Assembly (NCBI GenBank): GCA_045863335.1
Contig: BTVY01000001.1
Location: 168,671-232,670, forward strand
DNA length: 64,000 nucleotides
Direction of reading: 5' to 3'
Source: Candidatus Hydrogenedentota bacterium
GTDB lineage: Bacteria; Hydrogenedentota; Hydrogenedentia; Hydrogenedentales; SLHB01
Under the pieces are notes generated by a model. It was not told the origin of the DNA and made no database searches. It saw only the letters and a list, made by a program, of their open reading frames with translations. Position numbers and translations under genes: made by a program. This document shows, piece by piece, positions 59,013 to 64,000 of the stretch (the stretch's first letter is position 1; each line of letters opens with the position of its first letter).

Positions 59013-59140
59013 TGTAGCGTCCGGCTTCCACGCCGGACGGGGCTGGATCCGCAGACCGATCGCTATCCCGCGACGACCTTGTACGAAAGACGCCCGGCAT
59101 GGAACCTCGATCACGCCCGGCGTGGAAGCCGGGCGCTACA
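59013..59140. repeat. Inverted pair of GTAG-type REP-like palindromes
   Basis: tgtagcgtccggcttccacgccggacg (59013-59039) / cgcccggcgtggaagccgggcgctaca (59114-59140); the 2 differences are compensatory. Confidence 0.8.
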
Positions 59141-59897
59141 GGTCTTGCGGCTTTGGTTTCGCCGCGCGAACGACTTCGTCGTAGTCGTACACCGGTGCGA
59201 TCGCTTCGCCGGGCTTGAGGACGAGGAAGTCTTCGTCGTTCCAGTCGCCGTTGACCATCTTGCGGATGAGATCGGTCGACCCTTCGATGACGACGAAGTC
59301 TTTGCCTTGGGCTTCCGCCTTCTGCCGGCACGCGTCCGCGTAGCCCAGGTGCTTGAACTCCGGCACCTCGATAAAGACGACCTTGCCGTCCTGCGGATAG
59401 TCGGGATGGAGCGTATCCCACAGGAACTTCGCGTTCTCCTCGCCATACTGTTCGACGAAGGCTTCGTAGGGAACATCGTAGCCGGAGCGTTCGCGGAACT
59501 CGTCCGTCTCCCGAACGAAATCGCCGCCGTGTTCGAGGTACCCGGCGGAACTGAAGGCCTGGCTGGGGTTGTCCGCGAAGTGTTCCTTCATCCGCTGCTT
59601 CGAACCGAGGAAGAGCGTGCAGCAATCGTGCGCGCGCGGAATGACCAACGGCGCGCCGTGGCTCACCAACCCGACCGTCGCGTTGCCGCAAAGGCCGAGT
59701 CCGAGGACGATGGCGTCGTACTCTTTACCGGAATCGTTGGCGGCATCGATGCTGCGTTGAATGAGACCGCGCAGGTAGCCGGGTTCGTTGTGGGCGCCCT
59801 TCGGCGTGAACTCGAGATCGATCACATGCGGGCTCGTCGCCACGCAATGACAGATCTCCCGGGTGAACACTTCGCAGGCTATGAGTTTGAGAAGCAT
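59136..59897 (-). CDS. DUF1638 domain protein
   Basis: LIACEVFTRE, GAHNEP, GLCGN, PRAHDCCTLFLGS. Confidence 0.85.
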   Translation of the reverse strand: MLLKLIACEVFTREICHCVATSPHVIDLEFTPKGAHNEPGYLRGLIQRSIDAANDSGKEYDAIVLGLGLCGNATVGLVSHGAPLVIPRAHDCCTLFLGSKQRMKEHFADNPSQAFSSAGYLEHGGDFVRETDEFRERSGYDVPYEAFVEQYGEENAKFLWDTLHPDYPQDGKVVFIEVPEFKHLGYADACRQKAEAQGKDFVVIEGSTDLIRKMVNGDWNDEDFLVLKPGEAIAPVYDYDEVVRAAKPKPQDL

Positions 59898-59912
59898 GGC
59901 GCGGAATTGTAA

Positions 59913-60656
59913 CTACTCAGGCACCGGATGGTCCAGCGAAGCAATCGCGCGCAGTCCCGAGATGAAGGCGTCGGTCTTCGGAAATTCGCTCCCCAGCGTC
60001 ACAACGCTACGGGTTCCGTCCAAGTAGCAGACCGTCCCTCCGCGATGATTCAGACCCGGCCATTCGACAAGGATGGGAACCTTCCGGTCCCCTCCGGATT
60101 CCTGAAGCGCTTCGTTTGTCAACTTGATGCGAGGAAGCACGCGTTGCTCCCCGTCGATGGTAACGACGAGATCCTCATCGCGCTTCTCGAGATCGAGCGT
60201 CTTGTACGCATCAATGAAGGCCAGGCCCTCCTCCTCCGATCGGATGGCCCAGGGGAGATAGCAGAAACTGTCATCATTGAATGCCGCGACCCCCAAATCG
60301 TCGTTCTTATCGGAAACTTCCGGAGGTCTACGCGCCGGACTGTATTCGCACTGAACCCAGCATGAATTGTCCAGGTACTCGGGATAGAACCCGGCAGGGT
60401 CGATTATCAGGTTTCCACGGATATCGCTAATAGGCGGCACGGCGCCATCGTGACTCTCGGCATAGTTTTTCAGCGCGTCGTATACGTGCCAAACATCATT
60501 CGGGCAACTTGCCGCCCGTGATCGACTTCGCAACTCACCCAACCCGAAGTAGGTACCGGCGACGCACACCAACACGACGATTAGGCACCCAAGCGCGGTA
60601 CGAGTCTTGGCAGGACGTGAACTCGTCGACTGCGATTCATTGCCTTCATGGTTCAT
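59913..60656 (-). CDS. Single-TM pilin-like (DUF1559/H-X9-DG-related) protein
   Basis: TM helix, RAASCPND...ALKNYAESHDG, C-terminal NHRGGTVCYLDG; start uncertain. Confidence 0.55.
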   Translation of the reverse strand: MNHEGNESQSTSSRPAKTRTALGCLIVVLVCVAGTYFGLGELRSRSRAASCPNDVWHVYDALKNYAESHDGAVPPISDIRGNLIIDPAGFYPEYLDNSCWVQCEYSPARRPPEVSDKNDDLGVAAFNDDSFCYLPWAIRSEEEGLAFIDAYKTLDLEKRDEDLVVTIDGEQRVLPRIKLTNEALQESGGDRKVPILVEWPGLNHRGGTVCYLDGTRSVVTLGSEFPKTDAFISGLRAIASLDHPVPE

Positions 60657-60697
60657 CAATTCAGTCACGTTCTGCGACCCTATTCTACAAGCGATAC

Positions 60698-61051
60698 TTA
60701 CGTTATAAAGCGCATTGTCAAGGGGTAGCGGTAGTATTCGCCGCGGTTCGCGGCGACGGCGGCAAGGATGGCGAACACGAGGTGCATGATGAACAGCGCG
60801 AGCAGCAGCACAAACCCGACGAGAATGAAACACAGGATCGCGGAAATGAACCCGTAGATGGTCATCGAGATCTGAAAATTTAGTGCCTCTTTACCCTGGT
60901 CGTCGACAAAAGGGAATTCGTCCTTCTTGATGATCCAGATGACGAGGGGTCCAATGATGTTGCCGAACGGCACACCCACATACGCACACAAGGTCGACAA
61001 GTGCGCCGCCATCGCCCAGGTCCGCGCTTGGCTCAGTTCGTTGTCTGCCAT
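60698..61051 (-). CDS. DUF4870 family membrane protein
   Basis: WAMAAHLS, GPLVIW, KEALNFQIS, YRYPLT. Confidence 0.92.
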   Translation of the reverse strand: MADNELSQARTWAMAAHLSTLCAYVGVPFGNIIGPLVIWIIKKDEFPFVDDQGKEALNFQISMTIYGFISAILCFILVGFVLLLALFIMHLVFAILAAVAANRGEYYRYPLTMRFIT

Positions 61052-61106
61052 GCTTGGGTCCTCCTCTCCCCGGAATCGCTATCTGTCGGCAACACTTCCT
61101 TGCGCC

Positions 61107-61135
61107 ATAGTAGGTCTCGGCAGCGGGCGCGTCAA
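61107..61135 (-). promoter_or_regulatory. Sigma70-type promoter for the DUF4870 gene
   Basis: TTGACG-17 nt-TACTAT. Confidence 0.7.
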
Positions 61136-61151
61136 AATCTAATTTCACCAA

Positions 61152-61763
61152 TCACCGCAAGTTCGCTGCAAACTCAATGGCGATTAGCCCGATACAAAGG
61201 CAAATGGAAACAACGACCGCCTTCCGGTTCACGGTTCCGTTCGCGTCGCCCAGACCGAAGTGCGGTCCCTGGCGGTGCCAGAGGTAGAGGCCGAGCGGTG
61301 CCGTCGCAAGCCCGAAGAGAACCATCAACCAGCGGGGCGTTCCATGCGTGATCATGACGGCCGTATCAGCGCCGCCGGTGGAGGGTCCAAAGGCGATGTA
61401 GACCCCGTTCACAATGAGGCAGAAGCCCGCGAAGAACCGGAAAAGGTACAGGCCGGGCATTCGCACCACATACGCGAGAAGCAAGGCTGCGAGTGGAATC
61501 AACACCCCGACCACCGGCCCGCCCCAGACCTCCACGAGGGGATACGGATTGTCGCCGATCTCTGTACTGGAGATGATGAGCGGGTGAAGGTACACCTTGA
61601 TAATTTCCGCTCCGGTGGCAAGCGCGGCAGCAATGTGGCCCAGTTCGTGGACCACCTGCATCGCGAGCCACGAGAAGGTAAGGAAGGAGAGGATCAATAC
61701 GATTTGCTCAGTTCGACTCGCGTGAACCGATTCAGATTTCGACGACGTGCCCAAGGACTTCAC
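61152..61763 (-). CDS. M50-like membrane metallopeptidase
   Basis: VHELGH in a TM, GGP, NGVY...GAD; GTGA overlap with the upstream stop. Confidence 0.7.
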   Translation of the reverse strand: MKSLGTSSKSESVHASRTEQIVLILSFLTFSWLAMQVVHELGHIAAALATGAEIIKVYLHPLIISSTEIGDNPYPLVEVWGGPVVGVLIPLAALLLAYVVRMPGLYLFRFFAGFCLIVNGVYIAFGPSTGGADTAVMITHGTPRWLMVLFGLATAPLGLYLWHRQGPHFGLGDANGTVNRKAVVVSICLCIGLIAIEFAANLR

Positions 61764-62956
61764 ACAGAGTCCGCTAACGACATGTCGGGCTTGACGTCCT
61801 CCTTTGGGAGGTCGAACAATTCGACCATAAGATCGCTCAGGATATTCCACACCTCCTTCGCATTCGCGGTCCTGTACTCGGTGGCGATGCGACCGTAATT
61901 CAGGCTCGTAACGGCTTTCGCGAGGCCGCCAACGGTCTCGCATCTTATCGGGAGGTGAACGGCCAACGGTTTAGTGCCGATTCCCATAAGAATCCCGTAG
62001 GGAATCGCGGCGAACACCGTCAACCAGAGATTCTTATATTCGGCGTAGAGTAGCCACGCTACCGGGAAGTACCCTGCAACACACAAACCGACAACCAGGC
62101 CAGACCGGCGCAGGTTCGGAATCGTCCAGCCTAAATTGCGTCGGAGCGCTCGCCACGTGCTTCGTCGGGGGTACTCGTCCAACACGTGCGCCAGAGAAGT
62201 CTCCGGTTGAATGGGTGTCGGGTACGGATCGGTCACCTCAATGAGCGCTTTGCGGATGCGCAGAAATGCTGACGTATGTGCACAACCCGAACGCGCTACT
62301 GAGTTCGAAGTCGGCTTGTACCCGCTACGAGTAGTTTCTGGATGGAAACGCTGCCGAAGCTTGACAGCGTTAATAGAAACGAGACATTCGACCAGTTGGC
62401 CAACCGTGCGAATGCCGGGAGGAAGCCGGAAACGAAATGGTCGCGCGAACCGCGACACGAGTGCGGCAACGGGACCGAAAGTCAACGCCACAATAGCGAT
62501 CATCACAACCCAAAGAAGACGCGAAGCATCGCCGAAATACGTGATATATGCGCCAATCAACAAAACTTGCAGCGGAAATGCAATGGCAATACATATGAAC
62601 GCGACCCAGACTACTGCACCCGGCGCATCACAAAGTGACGGAAACTCGAGATCCATCGACTCTTCGAGTTTTCGCCAGATTCGACGGCGCCCGCGCCAGG
62701 GGATTAGCTGTCTCAGGGGGGTGTCCAGCGAAATGGATTTGGGATCCAGGCTGAACGTGGTGGCGAGTTGCTCACGCAACGCGAAGAACGTCGGCGGGCA
62801 AAGACATGCGGTGTCCCGTTTTTCGAGACCGAGTTTCCAGAGAATGTAGTGGTACAGCTCGCCGACGGTCCCCACCTCGCCGAGGTAGTAGTCGAACTCG
62901 ATACCGAAGCGTTCGCCGACTTCCTCATAGAGCGTACCGAGATCTTCGCTATCCAT
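61760..62956 (-). CDS. Membrane protein with split (circularly permuted) ACP-like domain and internal duplication
   Basis: N-terminal MDSEDL...FGIEF...TVGELY; C-terminal EVWNILSDLMVELFDLPKEDVKPDMSL; two repeats each with a TM hairpin. Confidence 0.65.
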   Translation of the reverse strand: MDSEDLGTLYEEVGERFGIEFDYYLGEVGTVGELYHYILWKLGLEKRDTACLCPPTFFALREQLATTFSLDPKSISLDTPLRQLIPWRGRRRIWRKLEESMDLEFPSLCDAPGAVVWVAFICIAIAFPLQVLLIGAYITYFGDASRLLWVVMIAIVALTFGPVAALVSRFARPFRFRLPPGIRTVGQLVECLVSINAVKLRQRFHPETTRSGYKPTSNSVARSGCAHTSAFLRIRKALIEVTDPYPTPIQPETSLAHVLDEYPRRSTWRALRRNLGWTIPNLRRSGLVVGLCVAGYFPVAWLLYAEYKNLWLTVFAAIPYGILMGIGTKPLAVHLPIRCETVGGLAKAVTSLNYGRIATEYRTANAKEVWNILSDLMVELFDLPKEDVKPDMSLADSV

Positions 62957-63013
62957 GATCCCAACGCCTCCCGAGTCTCAAACTACCAGCGGCACCCCGA
63001 GGACACCTACTCC

Positions 63014-63042
63014 ATTATGAAACGGGCGCATTGGGGCGTCAA
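63014..63042 (-). promoter_or_regulatory. Sigma70-type promoter for the ACP-like/M50 operon
   Basis: TTGACG-17 nt-CATAAT. Confidence 0.75.
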
Positions 63043-63208
63043 GGGGGGGGAATGGGACTCTTAGGCCCTATGGGACGACACGCTGCCACGACGTCCAGTG
63101 GATCGAATCATGCGACTCGAAAGCCGACTTGAAATGCAGAACCCACTCCCCGATGATCGGGTCCTGCGCATTGGGGGAATCCAAACAGCGGAAAGGATGT
63201 GACGCGGT

Positions 63209-64000
63209 ATGGCGAAGACGTTGAAAGTCGGGTTAATAGGCGTTGGCGGGATCGCGCGGCGGCATTTTCCGGGGTGGCATGAGAGCCCGCACACGGAACT
63301 GGTGGCCTTGGCCGATATCGCGCCGAACGTCTTGAAGGAGGTCGGCGAACGCGAAGGGGTCACCCGGCTCTACTCCAAGCCGGAGGACCTGATTCGCGAC
63401 AAGGACATCGACATCGTCGACATCTGCACGCCGAACATGTATCACGCGCCCTTATCGATTGCGGCATTGAACGCGGGCAAGCATGTCATTTGCGAGAAGC
63501 CGCTGGCGCCGCGGCCGGGCGACATCCGCAAGATGATCGCGGCGAGGAACAAGGCGAGAAAGCTGCTGATGACGGCGCAACATTTCCGATTCGAAGGCAC
63601 GGCGCGCGCACTGAAAGCCGAAATCGACGAGGGCATCCTCGGCAACGTGTATCACGCGCGGAGCTGGATGTTGCGGCGGTCGGGCGCGCCGACGCGACTG
63701 GGCCTGATAGAGAAGCGCCACGCGGGCGGCGGACCCTGCATCGATATCGGCACGCACATCCTCGATCTCACGCTCTGGATGATGGGAAATCCGAAACCGG
63801 TCGCCGTGTCAGGCACGACCCATGACCGCCTGCGCAAGTTGCCGGGCGCGTACAGCGATTGGGGCGACCGGATTCCCAAGTCATGGGACGTGGAGGAATG
63901 CGCGGCGGCCTTTGTGCGCTTCGAGAACGGCGCATCGCTGGTGCTGGAGGTGAGCTGGCTGTTGAACCATCCCTTCCACCCCGACGAGGACATGCAGATG
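63209..64000 (+). CDS. Cytoplasmic Gfo/Idh/MocA oxidoreductase (runs off the window end)
   Basis: MAKTLKVGLIGVGGIA, CTPNMYH, ICEKP, GGGPCIDIGTHILD; AAAGGA RBS; no stop inside the window, so absent from the ORF track. Confidence 0.92.
   Translation, partial: MAKTLKVGLIGVGGIARRHFPGWHESPHTELVALADIAPNVLKEVGEREGVTRLYSKPEDLIRDKDIDIVDICTPNMYHAPLSIAALNAGKHVICEKPLAPRPGDIRKMIAARNKARKLLMTAQHFRFEGTARALKAEIDEGILGNVYHARSWMLRRSGAPTRLGLIEKRHAGGGPCIDIGTHILDLTLWMMGNPKPVAVSGTTHDRLRKLPGAYSDWGDRIPKSWDVEECAAAFVRFENGASLVLEVSWLLNHPFHPDEDMQM

Overview
GC-rich (roughly 60-65% by eye) bacterial chromosome segment. The gene content (Tat-exported Gfo/Idh/MocA + HEAT proteins, H-x-DG pilin-like protein, DUF2961 lipoprotein) resembles Hydrogenedentota/PVC-type organisms, which is inference only. 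Left to right it holds a three-gene glycosylation locus, a divergent aryl-CoA-ligase / chorismate-lyase-like / GT-C-like module, a beta-CASP nuclease, a repeat-rich intergenic zone, a lower-GC membrane-protein islet with a PIN toxin-antitoxin pair, and a housekeeping block (recN, tlyA, ispF, ispD, PIN/TRAM, yggU, accA). An 18-kb two-gene hybrid PKS-NRPS follows, then sugar-oxidoreductase, prpD and hypothetical genes. The main finding is the PKS. It has the CurM/olefin-synthase architecture (FAAL-ACP-KS-AT-KR-ACP-sulfotransferase) but lacks the decarboxylating thioesterase. It ends instead in an acidic docking peptide and is translationally coupled to a three-module NRPS (X-Phe-Leu-TE), which predicts a 3-O-sulfated acyl-tripeptide. 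Other notable items are a circularly permuted ACP-like membrane protein, an unannotated 45-aa Cys/His microprotein with its own promoter, RBS and terminator, a degenerate purine nucleoside phosphorylase, and several families of REP/MITE-like inverted repeats. No tRNA, rRNA, CRISPR array or intact transposase was recognised. All family assignments come from motif recognition, not database searches.
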